The notes under the pieces were generated by a model. It made no database searches, was not told where the DNA came from, and saw only the letters and a program-made list of their open reading frames with translations. A DNA stretch of 63,575 bases, from the NCBI GenBank assembly GCA_964602975.1, contig CAZRTH010000004.1, forward strand, positions 1 through 63,575, in the 5' to 3' direction. Source of the DNA: an uncultured Candidatus Saccharibacteria bacterium (GTDB taxonomy: Bacteria; Patescibacteriota; Minisyncoccia; Phycocordibacterales; JBBTRF01). Shown piece by piece: positions 50,809 to 59,960 of this stretch. Every line of letters begins with the position of its first letter. Position 1 is the stretch's first letter. The position numbers and the translations under genes were made by a program.

Positions 50809-51333
50809 ATGAAAAAAGATCCTCAACCTCAAATGCCAGCCACTTTCATGCAAACCATTTTCACGAGTCGCAGTTTCGCCGATACCGCGCGATTCGCTCA
50901 GGAGATCGTCGCTATCTTCCAGACCGAGCAGATCGACCAGCCCAATTCACCTACAGCCACTCTCCTCACCTTGTCTGGCGATCTCGGATCGGGGAAGACA
51001 GCATTTGTGAAAGCGCTCGCTGAGGCTCTCGGGATCAAGGAAACGATCACCAGCCCCACTTTTGTGATCGAGCAGATCTATCAGTTGCCGAAAAGCGCGA
51101 CCTTCGATCGGCTCATTCATATCGATGCGTATCGTCTCGAAAAGGCGAGCGAACTCGAGCGCTTGGGTTGGGCAGAGATCGTAGCGGATCCGCGAAACCT
51201 CATTTGCCTCGAATGGCCGGAAAATGTCGCCGGATTGAGCAATTTGTCGTCAAGTACATCGAAGAATACGAATGTCCGCTGGTTGCAATTCCGATTTGTT
51301 GACGAAAACACCAGAGAGATTTCCTTTAAATAA
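50809..51333 (+). CDS. tsaE: tRNA t6A37 biosynthesis ATPase TsaE
   Basis: LSGDLGSGKTAFVKALAEALGI ... ITSPTFVIEQIY ... IHIDAYRL. Confidence 0.85.
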   Translation: MKKDPQPQMPATFMQTIFTSRSFADTARFAQEIVAIFQTEQIDQPNSPTATLLTLSGDLGSGKTAFVKALAEALGIKETITSPTFVIEQIYQLPKSATFDRLIHIDAYRLEKASELERLGWAEIVADPRNLICLEWPENVAGLSNLSSSTSKNTNVRWLQFRFVDENTREISFK

Positions 51334-51362
51334 CGCCGCATACGGAGTGATACAATAGCTTC

Positions 51363-53828
51363 ATGAAAAAGAAAGGAGTCGCTTCGGTTGCAAAGAAGCC
51401 GTCTACCGTGCCGAAACGCTTGGTGTTGCTCGACGTGCATGCTATTTTGCATCGCGCGTATCACGCCCTGCCCGAATTTTCTTCCAGCAAAGGCGAGCCG
51501 ACCGGAGGTCTGTACGGCCTTTGCACCATGATCATCAAAATAGTCGGAGAACTCCACCCCAACTATATAGCCGCCTGCTACGACCTTCCCGGCCCAACTT
51601 ATCGCCACGAAGCATACAAAGACTACAAAGCCGGTCGCTCGAAGACCGATGATGCCCTCGTCGCGCAGATCATTCGATCGAAAGATATTTTCAAAGCATT
51701 CAATATTCCTGTGTATGAAATGGCCGGCTTCGAGGCCGATGATATGCTCGGCACTATCGTTGAGCAAGTGTTGACGCGAAAAGATTTGGCGAATTTCGAC
51801 GTGATGATCGCTTCAGGAGACATGGACACCTTGCAACTCGTAAAGGGCGACCGCGTGCAGGTATACACGCTCAAAAAAGGGATCAAAGACACCGTGATCT
51901 ATGACGAGGCCGGCGTGAAAGAGCGCTTTAGCTTCGGCCCTGAGCTGCTACCCGATTACAAAGGCTTGCGAGGGGATCCATCCGACAATATTGTCGGCAT
52001 CAAAGGTATCGGCGAAAAGACTGCCACCATTTTGATCCAAAAATTCGGTTCGATTGAAGAGATGTATAAAGTGTTACAGAAAAACCCGAACGCTTTCGAA
52101 GGTGTGGTGTCGCCGCGTATCGCCGAACTGCTCAAGCAGGGTGAGGAGGAGGCGAAGTTTTCGAAAATGCTCGCATCGATCCGTCGCGACGCGCCGGTGA
52201 CCTATACGATCCCAGAAAAGCCGTGGAAAGAAGGCATCGAGACACAAGCTATTCTCGATCTGTTCAGTGCACTGGAATTTCGCGCGCTCGGTTCGCGTGT
52301 GAAGGAGGCGTTTTCGCTGCAGGGAAGTTTGTTGGATGGGATGTCAGCAGCTGCTGGTGCAAACGGCGAAAGCGGTGACGCTGCTGGCCTCTCTGGTACC
52401 GCTGAGCCTGCCCAAGTCGTTGACCCGGCCCAACTCAAAGAAACCTCCATTGCGCTGTATCTCGTGAACTCCAATCTCAGCAATCCTGGCCTCGAGGAGA
52501 TCTTGCAATTCGCGAAGACACGCGATTTTACCAAGGCGCGCAGCACCATCCTCTACGAGCTCAAAAAGCGTGGCGGGGAAAAGGTGTTGCGCGATATCGA
52601 AATGCCGATCGTGCCCGTGGTGGAAAAGATGGAGCAACTCGGCGTGAAGGTCGACAAAGCGTATCTGAAAGAGCTCTCCGTTCGATATCACAAAGAGCTC
52701 AACAAACTTGAAAAATCGATCTGGGAGATGTCTGGCGGCATGGAGTTTAATATCAATTCGCCGAAGCAGCTCGGCGAGGTCTTGTTTGTGAAGATGGGAT
52801 TGGTTGGCAAAAATATGAAGAAGACCGAAGGCGGCGTGCCATCCACTCGCGAATCTGAGCTGGAAAAATTGCGCGAATTGCATCCGATCATTGGCAAGAT
52901 CCTCGAATATCGAGAGTTTCAAAAGCTGCTTTCGACCTACATCGACAATATTCCCGGCATGCTTGACGACAACAGCCGCCTACACGCCACCTTTTTGCAG
53001 GCCGGCGCGGCGACGGGGCGCATGTCTTCGAATAGTCCAAATTTGCAGAACATTCCGATCAAGACTGAGCTTGGTCGCAATATCCGCAAAGCCTTTGTCG
53101 CGGAGAAAGGTTTCGTGCTGCTCGATCTCGACTATTCGCAGATCGAATTGCGCATCGCGGCCTTTTTGTCTGGCGATGAAAAGTTGAAGGGTATCTTCAA
53201 GAGAGGGGAGGACGTTCACACGGCAGTGGCCGCACAAGTGTTCAAGGTGCCGCTGGAAAAGGTCGATAAAGAAATGCGTCGTCGTGCCAAGGTGATCAAC
53301 TTCGGTATTTTGTATGGCATGGGCATCAACGCGTTGCGTGCGAACCTTGGCACTGACCGCAAAGAAGCGCAGGCCTTCCACGATGCCTACTTCGAGACGT
53401 TTAGCGAGCTGGCAAAGTATATCGACGCGACCAAAGCGGCGGCGGCACGGCAGGGCTACGTAGAGACGTTCTTTGGCCGCCGCCGCAACTTCGAAGGCAT
53501 CAAATCGCCGATCCCATACATCCGTGCCGCCGCCGAGCGCATGGCCGTGAACGCGCCGATGCAGGGCACTCAGGCCGACCTTATCAAGCTCGCCATGGGC
53601 AAGATCGACGCGCACCTCAACGAAAAAGGTCTCGCCAACGACGTCCGCCTCATCCTCCAGGTGCACGACGAGCTCGTGTACGAAGTCCGCGAATCGATCG
53701 TCAAAAAGATCGGCGCTGAGATTCGCACGCTGATGGAAGGCGTCATCACCCAAAAGGAGACCGACGGCGTGCCCATACAAGCCAACGCCTCCATTGGTCC
53801 GAACTGGGGCGAAGTTGAGCTGCTCTAA
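51363..53828 (+). CDS. polA: DNA polymerase I (5'-nuclease plus polymerase; no obvious 3'-5' exonuclease motifs)
   Basis: 821 aa. 5'-nuclease N-terminus and polymerase motifs A (DLDYSQIELR), B (RRRAKVINFGILYG) and C (QVHDELV). Confidence 0.92.
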   Translation: MKKKGVASVAKKPSTVPKRLVLLDVHAILHRAYHALPEFSSSKGEPTGGLYGLCTMIIKIVGELHPNYIAACYDLPGPTYRHEAYKDYKAGRSKTDDALVAQIIRSKDIFKAFNIPVYEMAGFEADDMLGTIVEQVLTRKDLANFDVMIASGDMDTLQLVKGDRVQVYTLKKGIKDTVIYDEAGVKERFSFGPELLPDYKGLRGDPSDNIVGIKGIGEKTATILIQKFGSIEEMYKVLQKNPNAFEGVVSPRIAELLKQGEEEAKFSKMLASIRRDAPVTYTIPEKPWKEGIETQAILDLFSALEFRALGSRVKEAFSLQGSLLDGMSAAAGANGESGDAAGLSGTAEPAQVVDPAQLKETSIALYLVNSNLSNPGLEEILQFAKTRDFTKARSTILYELKKRGGEKVLRDIEMPIVPVVEKMEQLGVKVDKAYLKELSVRYHKELNKLEKSIWEMSGGMEFNINSPKQLGEVLFVKMGLVGKNMKKTEGGVPSTRESELEKLRELHPIIGKILEYREFQKLLSTYIDNIPGMLDDNSRLHATFLQAGAATGRMSSNSPNLQNIPIKTELGRNIRKAFVAEKGFVLLDLDYSQIELRIAAFLSGDEKLKGIFKRGEDVHTAVAAQVFKVPLEKVDKEMRRRAKVINFGILYGMGINALRANLGTDRKEAQAFHDAYFETFSELAKYIDATKAAAARQGYVETFFGRRRNFEGIKSPIPYIRAAAERMAVNAPMQGTQADLIKLAMGKIDAHLNEKGLANDVRLILQVHDELVYEVRESIVKKIGAEIRTLMEGVITQKETDGVPIQANASIGPNWGEVELL

Positions 53829-53858
53829 ACAAGCGCCACCTATCCACTATTCATCACC

Positions 53859-54620
53859 ATGATCTACCTCTTGCACGGCGAAGACACCGAAAAAGCTCGC
53901 GCCAAGGCACACGAGCTGGTGGACATGTTGCGCGCGAAAAAGCCGGACGCGTCTTTTTTCAAAATAGAGGCTGCGGAATTTTCCGCGGAGAAGCTCGACG
54001 AACTGGTCAATTCGCAAGGTCTCTTCGAGAGCAAGTACATTGTTCTCCTCGATCGTGTTTTTGAAAACAAAGAGGCAAAGGAGCAGCTCATCGATGCGCG
54101 CAAGGATCTTGCCGAGTCGCCTCACATTTTTATTTTTCTCGAGAGCAAGGTCGACAAAGCATCACTCACCAAGCTCGAAAAGGTGGCGACAAAATCCCAG
54201 GTGTTTGAGCTTGGAGGAGGGGCAGGCAAGGCACGAACCTTCGCGATGGGGGAGACCTTTGGGCAATTTTTGATTAGCGAGTTCAACATTTTCTCGCTCG
54301 GCGATGCCTTCGGCCGCCGCGACAAAAAAGAGCTGTGGTTTTTGTATAGCAAGGCGGCAATGCGAAATATTCCGGCCGAAGAGATCCACGGCATTTTGTT
54401 TTGGGCTTGGAAATCCATGGCGCTTTCAGCGGGCGCGAAAGACGCCGCCGAGGCCGGTCTTAATCCATTCGTTTTTCAAAAAAGCTCCGGTTTTGCTCGA
54501 AATTTTTCAACAGAGGAATTGACGAATATAGGCGGACGGTTGGTGCGAATGTATCACGATGCGCATCGCGGGAAGGTAGATTTTGATATTGAGCTAGAGC
54601 GGTTTGTGTTGGGGGTGTAG
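53859..54620 (+). CDS. holA: DNA polymerase III delta subunit-like protein (short)
   Basis: 253 aa. MIYLLHGEDTEKARAKAHELVDML... resembles the HolA N-terminal pattern. Call based on pattern and position only. Confidence 0.5.
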   Translation: MIYLLHGEDTEKARAKAHELVDMLRAKKPDASFFKIEAAEFSAEKLDELVNSQGLFESKYIVLLDRVFENKEAKEQLIDARKDLAESPHIFIFLESKVDKASLTKLEKVATKSQVFELGGGAGKARTFAMGETFGQFLISEFNIFSLGDAFGRRDKKELWFLYSKAAMRNIPAEEIHGILFWAWKSMALSAGAKDAAEAGLNPFVFQKSSGFARNFSTEELTNIGGRLVRMYHDAHRGKVDFDIELERFVLGV

Positions 54621-54716
54621 GGCTGCCGATCGCTTGTGAATAAAAAAGAGACCGGCCCAGAGAGTTTCTAGGTCGGTCTTTCGTGTCTGCGCTGTTCTCG
54701 ACAGCTTTAATTTCGT

Positions 54717-55772
54717 TCAGGACTCGTCCTCGAATCCTGGCAAAAGTTCGCCAAGGATATTCGTTGAGATGAACTGCTGGATCAGATCGGGTCGGTCAGG
54801 GTGCTTTGCGATCGCATGTCGAAACTTCGCGTCGCCCATTGCTGGGGTCAGGCTTTCGAGGCTGATTGCGCCAGCTTCTTTGGCCTTTTGTCCAAGTGCA
54901 TAGCGTCTAAGATTAACGCGACCATCTTCGAAGGGAGAAAGGATGCCGACGTGAATGCCTTTTGCTGTGGCTGTCCGAACTACGTCGATCCAAGAGCAGG
55001 TGCGACCACCTGTCAACTCCCAGTTTCGGTCGGGAAGATTTCCCGCCCCCTTGCACTCCAATATCAGGCCACGGACCTTTTCCAAATCCAAAATGTCCAT
55101 GATGATGTCCGGTGGATTGTCGGCTGAAACATTCAGTGTCAAAACGCGCTGCTCGAATTTGGTGTCGAGCCGCAAGCCCTGAACGGCGAGCACCCCATCT
55201 TTCCTCCGTGCCTTGTCTTGGATCAATACATGCGGCCAGGACTGAGCGACGGGATGGATGCCGGGAGTGTAGAAAGCCGAGAAGTCAGAATCTCTCCGCT
55301 TGCGAATCCGTGCGCCGTCCAATACATCGCCGAGGCAGACACTGTAAACACCGACGACATTGGTGCGGACGAATGCTCCTGCGACGCGGAAAGTGTTCGC
55401 GATCTGCATGGGAACATCCGATCCGGACTCATCTTTGCTCATTTGCGAGCCTATTACGAAAAGTGGCTTCTGAAGCGACAACTTGAATGTCATCGCGAGG
55501 AAGGCGCATGTTTCGGCAAGTGAGTCTGTGCCGTGGAAGATCACGAATGCGTCATGAGCATCGTATGTCCTCGCTATCGCGTTGGCCATTTCGACACGAT
55601 CTTTGTGCATCACATTCGTGGAATCTTGGCGGAGAGGAAAGTCCTCCAGCGTCAATTCGATGCCGGCAGGGACGTTGATTCCTGTAAGCAATTCTGCCGC
55701 CGACTTTGCAGGGCTGAGTGGGGTGCCTGTCATTCCAAGCGTTCCACCACCGTTAAGGGCGAAGAGTTTCAT
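54717..55772 (-). CDS. L-asparaginase family protein (type I / GatD-like)
   Basis: Start at the ATG at 55772. N-terminal NGGGTLGMT (TGGTI-type) and HGTDSLAET motifs. Confidence 0.75.
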   Translation of the reverse strand: MKLFALNGGGTLGMTGTPLSPAKSAAELLTGINVPAGIELTLEDFPLRQDSTNVMHKDRVEMANAIARTYDAHDAFVIFHGTDSLAETCAFLAMTFKLSLQKPLFVIGSQMSKDESGSDVPMQIANTFRVAGAFVRTNVVGVYSVCLGDVLDGARIRKRRDSDFSAFYTPGIHPVAQSWPHVLIQDKARRKDGVLAVQGLRLDTKFEQRVLTLNVSADNPPDIIMDILDLEKVRGLILECKGAGNLPDRNWELTGGRTCSWIDVVRTATAKGIHVGILSPFEDGRVNLRRYALGQKAKEAGAISLESLTPAMGDAKFRHAIAKHPDRPDLIQQFISTNILGELLPGFEDES

Positions 55773-55871
55773 ATTTTGTGATGTGCTACTTGGCCTTATT
55801 GTGGCCGGTTTCTTGTTAGCTAAAAACACCATACCATTTTCACAAACAATACGTCAATAATTTATGCTCAC

Positions 55872-56310
55872 AAAAGAAAAAACCAGCATCGGCTCGGGCC
55901 TAGCTGGTTGGAAGAATCGGGACGAGGAGATATCTACCCCATTGCCTGGACGGTCAGGCTTTGCTCATTGGCTTGAAGGCCTATTGAGCACGAGCAGAGC
56001 TTGCTGCACGAGGAATCTTTTGGCGACTTAACGCCAGGATCCCCCAATAACTTGCTCCGATGATAGCAGGTGCTTCGTTAGGCGAGAGAGCTTCACTAAT
56101 GTTGCTCTCTAATTGGGTTGGTTCGATACGCACTTAGCACACTGTCTGGGTCTATTTACTGTCCACCTCACAGATCGTAGTCCCTCAATCGGGCACATTG
56201 ATGGTGAACGCGGCACAGAAACACGACTCGTCTTTCGACTTGTTGTTTTATAACCCTCTCGTCACTCTCTTGCGAGAGCTAACTTTCAATATCCTGTTCG
56301 TCCCGATTCA
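55872..56310 (-). ncRNA. Large (~0.4 kb) highly structured ncRNA with its own promoter and terminator; class unassigned
   Basis: The 500-bp gap has no ORF of 60 aa or more in any frame. The predicted TSS coincides with the 5' arm of a 12-bp closing helix: GAAUCGGGACGA (rc of 56298-56309) pairs with UCGUCCCGAUUC (rc of 55914-55925), enclosing ~370 nt. Internal hairpins include CUCUC-GCAA-GAGAG, GUC-GAAA-GAC, AGAGAGC...GCUCUCU, GGCG-UUAAGU-CGCC and CCUG-ACCGUC-CAGG. The terminator AACCAGC-15 nt-GCUGGUU plus a U-run is at 55872-55909. Confidence 0.65.
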
Positions 56311-56316
56311 ATAGAG

Positions 56317-56345
56317 AGTCTATTCCTTTGGGGAGGGGATGTCAA
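56317..56345 (-). promoter_or_regulatory. Near-consensus sigma70 promoter driving the large ncRNA
   Basis: In the minus sense: TTGACA (56345-56340), 17-nt spacer, TAGACT (56322-56317). These are the same hexamers and spacing as the promoter at 47996. Confidence 0.6.
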
Positions 56346-56363
56346 CTTTTGTTGGTCACCTGA

Positions 56364-57206
56364 CTATTTCTTAAACAACTTCTCAAACGCATCCCGCGAC
56401 ATATCATAATTGAACCCCGCTACTTTCTCTTGGAGTCGGCCATGCGAGGTCTTGTCATATTTCGGAGTTTTCTTTAGCTGGACGAAGCAGACGGCGGAAT
56501 AGCGGCCATCTTTGGCGGTGCGGTCGGTGGCGACTACGCGATGGCAGGTGGCTTTCAGTGTGCCGCCAGAGCGCAGCTGCATCTGCATCGATGGGATGAT
56601 CACGGTCTCGCTGCTTGAGACCGGCATGTCGATCCATTGCTTCTGGTGGGTGAGGCATTGTAGCCCGGCTTCGCTTTCGTAGAGGTGTGGCGTGAAGCCG
56701 CTCTGGTCTGTGTGTGCGCTCGCCGTCTCTTCGCCGACTTTTCGATCGCCAAAATAATGAATGAAGCGGATGAAGTATGCATCCTCACTCGAAGCTACCT
56801 CCTGCGCGAAGTCTTTGATCGAAAAAGCACTTTCTGCTTGCTCGGCGAAGTCCACTATCAGTGGCTTGGCGAGGCGGACCAGCTCGACGGCATCGGTGAT
56901 AAAACGCAAGGCAGTTTGATTGCCGATCTTGCCGGCGTTGTCCAGCAGCCACTTTTGGCCAGCGGTCGTGATATCAAAATTTTCTTTTCGATCGGTCTTG
57001 TTGCCGATGCCGTCCTTCATCTCGTACCCAACTCCATCAGCGTTGTTGCTGTAGGGGAGTCCGCGCTTTGTCTCTGTCGGCAGAGCACAAAACGCTTTCC
57101 ATGATTCAGCCGCTTTTTCGACTGCCGCCCGCAATTCTGGCGGATAGGTCATCTTTATATAGCCAACATCGACAAGATTTTTGATATTTTTGATTGAAGC
57201 AGTCAT
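56364..57206 (-). CDS. 2-oxoglutarate/Fe(II)-dependent oxygenase family protein
   Basis: 280 aa. The HxD facial-triad context (ASAHTDQSGFT), GLQCL...WIDMP and the distal His/Arg context (ATCHRVV) fit the isopenicillin-N-synthase-like fold. Confidence 0.7.
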   Translation of the reverse strand: MTASIKNIKNLVDVGYIKMTYPPELRAAVEKAAESWKAFCALPTETKRGLPYSNNADGVGYEMKDGIGNKTDRKENFDITTAGQKWLLDNAGKIGNQTALRFITDAVELVRLAKPLIVDFAEQAESAFSIKDFAQEVASSEDAYFIRFIHYFGDRKVGEETASAHTDQSGFTPHLYESEAGLQCLTHQKQWIDMPVSSSETVIIPSMQMQLRSGGTLKATCHRVVATDRTAKDGRYSAVCFVQLKKTPKYDKTSHGRLQEKVAGFNYDMSRDAFEKLFKK

Positions 57207-57296
57207 TTTTTCAGCATGAGGAATAATGAGGTAAGTATGCTCCGCGGCAGAAAAGAAAAAAGCGAGGAAGTCCTCGGTAACAGTTTTTTGTGCAAG

Positions 57297-57328
57297 AAAA
57301 AAGCCGGCTACGCTTGCGCGCAGCCGGC
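57297..57328 (-). terminator. Rho-independent terminator of the NfeD-flotillin operon
   Basis: In the minus sense: GCCGGCU-12 nt-AGCCGGC followed by UUUUUU. Confidence 0.65.
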
Positions 57329-57364
57329 CGTGAGGTTCACTTCATAACACAACGATCCGCCTTC

Positions 57365-59170
57365 TTATCTGCCTTCGTCGGGCTTGACGATAATGGGCGG
57401 AGCCTCCGGTTCCTGAATCGGGGCTGGGGGCGGTGTCGTGGTTTCGTTGGTGGTTTTTACCGTTGCGACTGTCGCAGCGGAACCCAACATGTTTGCCAGT
57501 GCCGCAGGGTCCATTTTCAGGAAGGTCAGCAGACCGGTGACATCAACTCCGCTTGCTTTCGCGCGAGAGAAGAAGTCAACAACGATCTGCGGAACAAGTT
57601 GACCCAGTGCCGCCATGCCGTTCTTTGCGGTGTTGCCACCGCCGAGATCGGTGATCTGCACGTTGCCCATTTTGGCGACACCGGCAGCGACTGGTTCGAA
57701 GATGGCTCGCGCGATCTTCTCTGCGGCATCACCACCGTGGTCCAACAGGCCAGGCAGACGTTCGAGGACGAACATGAGCTTTCCGGCCTCGTTCAGTTGC
57801 TGGAGGGCTTCCGCCAGCTTTTGATTGCCCTCGGCCTGCGCCAAGAGCTTCGCTTTTTCGCCGACTGCGACTGCCAGAAGCTGAGCCTCGGTGCCCTTGG
57901 CCTGCGCCAAGAGTTGGGCTTGTTCACCTTCGGCCTGCGCCAACATCGTCTTCTGATTTCCAGTCGCTGTCGCCTCTGCGATGAGCAGGAGCTTCTGCGA
58001 CTCGCCTTGACCGGTGAAGATTGCGGCATTCTTCTGACCCTCCGCCGTCAACTTGACGGTTTCGGCTTCGAGAGTGGCCACGTTCTTGCGGGTTTCGGCT
58101 TCGATGCGTTCGGCATTTTGTTTGCCGGTCGCTCGGATGCTCATCGCTTTGGCCTCTGCCTCTGCAGTGACAATGGTCGTCGCTTGAAGCTCAGCCGACT
58201 TGCGAGTGGCTTCCAGCTGCTGAACCTTCGTCTGGGCTTCTGCGGTTGCGCCATCGCGTTCCGCCTCGAGCACGGCCAATCTCTGCTCCTGGGCAGTTTT
58301 GGCGATTTGTCCGGCCATGTCGGCCTCTGCTTGTTTGGTGGCGGTCTCGAGCTTGAACTGAGCGACCTGAACATCACGCGTCTTTTCGGCGTCCTTGATC
58401 TTCGCATCGTTTTGAGCCTTCGCCTCGGCGGCAGCGCGCTGGGCATCGCTGGTCTTGATGGTGGTTTCGCGTTCGGCTTCGGCCGTGGCGATCTGTGCAT
58501 CTCGCTTTGCCACGGCGACGGCTTGTTTGCCGAGGGCCTCGATGTAGCCTTCCTTGTCCTTCACATCCTGGATGACCAGGGTGAGGATTTTGATGCCCAT
58601 ACGTGCCAGCTCCTGGGAGCATTCGTGCACGACCATCTCGTTGAACTTCGAACGCTCGCGTAGGAGTTCTTCGACCTCGAGGCCGCCGACGATCGAGCGC
58701 AGGTGGCCGCGGAGGATCTCGCCGATCATGTTCTCCATACTCTCCACCGGTTTGCCAAGGAAGTTTTGGACAGCGTTTACTTGTTCCTCCAGAATGGGGG
58801 AGATGCGACAGGTTGCGACACCTGCTACGTGGACGCTGACATTCTTCTTGGTCGGGATGTTGTCCTCGGCGATCTTGATTTGGAATGCTTCCGTGGACAT
58901 TTCCTTGAATTCCTCAACGACGGGCCAGACGAACACGCCGCCGCCGTTGACCATCCTGAAGCCGACCTCGGTGGTCTTGCCGTCAGGTGTCGTGATCCGG
59001 CTCTTCTTGCCGAAGATGACGCCGATCACGTTGGGTGCAATGCGTTTGTAGCGCTTGGTCATGGCCCACACGATGAAGAGGAGGCCAAGGAACAGTCCGA
59101 CGATCAGGGCAGGGATAGTGACCTTGCCGACGTCGAACTCTGTCAATGCTGCAATACTATAGAGGTGCAT
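57365..59170 (-). CDS. Flotillin-like SPFH/band-7 protein with long Ala/Glu/Lys coiled coil
   Basis: Start set at the ATG at 59170 (the tracked TTG at 59245 was rejected). N-terminal anchor (IPALIVGLFLGLLFIVWAM), an SPFH core, then ~250 aa of AEAxA-type repeats. Confidence 0.85.
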   Translation of the reverse strand: MHLYSIAALTEFDVGKVTIPALIVGLFLGLLFIVWAMTKRYKRIAPNVIGVIFGKKSRITTPDGKTTEVGFRMVNGGGVFVWPVVEEFKEMSTEAFQIKIAEDNIPTKKNVSVHVAGVATCRISPILEEQVNAVQNFLGKPVESMENMIGEILRGHLRSIVGGLEVEELLRERSKFNEMVVHECSQELARMGIKILTLVIQDVKDKEGYIEALGKQAVAVAKRDAQIATAEAERETTIKTSDAQRAAAEAKAQNDAKIKDAEKTRDVQVAQFKLETATKQAEADMAGQIAKTAQEQRLAVLEAERDGATAEAQTKVQQLEATRKSAELQATTIVTAEAEAKAMSIRATGKQNAERIEAETRKNVATLEAETVKLTAEGQKNAAIFTGQGESQKLLLIAEATATGNQKTMLAQAEGEQAQLLAQAKGTEAQLLAVAVGEKAKLLAQAEGNQKLAEALQQLNEAGKLMFVLERLPGLLDHGGDAAEKIARAIFEPVAAGVAKMGNVQITDLGGGNTAKNGMAALGQLVPQIVVDFFSRAKASGVDVTGLLTFLKMDPAALANMLGSAATVATVKTTNETTTPPPAPIQEPEAPPIIVKPDEGR

Positions 59171-59241
59171 AGTGCGTTCTTTCTGTCTTTGTATTCTTTC
59201 GGTGTTTGTTGTCGCTACTGTTTTTTCTTCACTCGTTGCTT

Positions 59242-59835
59242 TCAAGCGGCAACGGCGCTCCGTGCTTTCACGACGACACGGTCGCCGAGATCTTGGGTGA
59301 CCACGATCATGGTGCCAGCCTTGATGCTGCCGATCCCGTCAGCGGTCGCCGTGTAACCCACGATCTGACCATTGACAGAAACGTTCACTTCGCCGATACC
59401 TCCGGCGGGAATTGCTGTGACCACGGTGCCGTGTGCGCCTATGACCTGTCCTGGTCGCAAGCTCGAATTTGCCTGCTGTTTATACAGGAAGGAGGCAACG
59501 CCCCAGGCGATGAGCGCCATAACGAGACCTGGAATGAAGCCGATCGCCGTAGCGATGGCCGCACTGGCTCCGTATGCCGTGGCAATCGCGCCGGCAGTGC
59601 TGAAGCCAAGCAGGAAGGCGAAGAAGGCGCGAGGTGACAGGAATGATGGACCACTTTCACCGCCGGCATGACCGACGTCATGATCGTGACCCATATCCGT
59701 GTCGTGGTGATCGCCAAAAACTGCCGAGAAACCAAGGCAAATGAGGGCGCCTAGCACCATCGCGGCGAAGACGAGAAACTGCATTGAGGACAAAATGTCA
59801 CTGGCAATGCTTACCGCAAACAGGTTTGCTGTCAT
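59242..59835 (-). CDS. NfeD-family membrane protein
   Basis: Start at the ATG at 59835 with AAAGG about 10 nt upstream. It has a His/Asp-rich loop (HHDTDMGHDHDVGH), hydrophobic spans and a C-terminal NfeD OB-fold pattern (GQVIGAHGTVVTAIPAGGIGEVNVSVNGQ). Confidence 0.8.
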   Translation of the reverse strand: MTANLFAVSIASDILSSMQFLVFAAMVLGALICLGFSAVFGDHHDTDMGHDHDVGHAGGESGPSFLSPRAFFAFLLGFSTAGAIATAYGASAAIATAIGFIPGLVMALIAWGVASFLYKQQANSSLRPGQVIGAHGTVVTAIPAGGIGEVNVSVNGQIVGYTATADGIGSIKAGTMIVVTQDLGDRVVVKARSAVAA

Positions 59836-59910
59836 AACTGGAGACCTTTCGTAGTTTGTTGTTTTCGTTGTGTTAGAAGTGTCAAAGAGCCACTGCACAC
59901 TTCGTCGCCA

Positions 59911-59938
59911 ACTCTACATATTTTTACGAATTTGTCAA
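59911..59938 (-). promoter_or_regulatory. Sigma70 promoter of the NfeD-flotillin operon
   Basis: In the minus sense: TTGACA (59938-59933), 16-nt spacer, TAGAGT (59916-59911). Confidence 0.55.
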
Positions 59939-59960
59939 CTGTTGCGTAAGGTAGCCATTT

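Noticed and set aside
52980-53780. 266-aa minus-strand ORF
   Set aside because: It is antisense to the polA polymerase domain, whose motifs A, B and C are on the plus strand.
55872-56310. Direct assignment of the large RNA as RNase P RNA or tmRNA
   Set aside because: I looked on both strands for GGAAAGUCC, ACAGAA-P4 pairing, a tRNA-like acceptor/T-arm with CCA, and a tag ORF ending in ALAA-like residues, and found none convincingly. The class is left open pending a covariance-model search.
57290-58663. 457-aa plus-strand ORF
   Set aside because: It lies fully antisense to the flotillin gene. Its sequence is low complexity (Leu/Gly/Arg/Cys-rich), produced by the periodic GCN/GAR codons of the Ala/Glu coiled coil. 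The minus-strand product has clear SPFH features.
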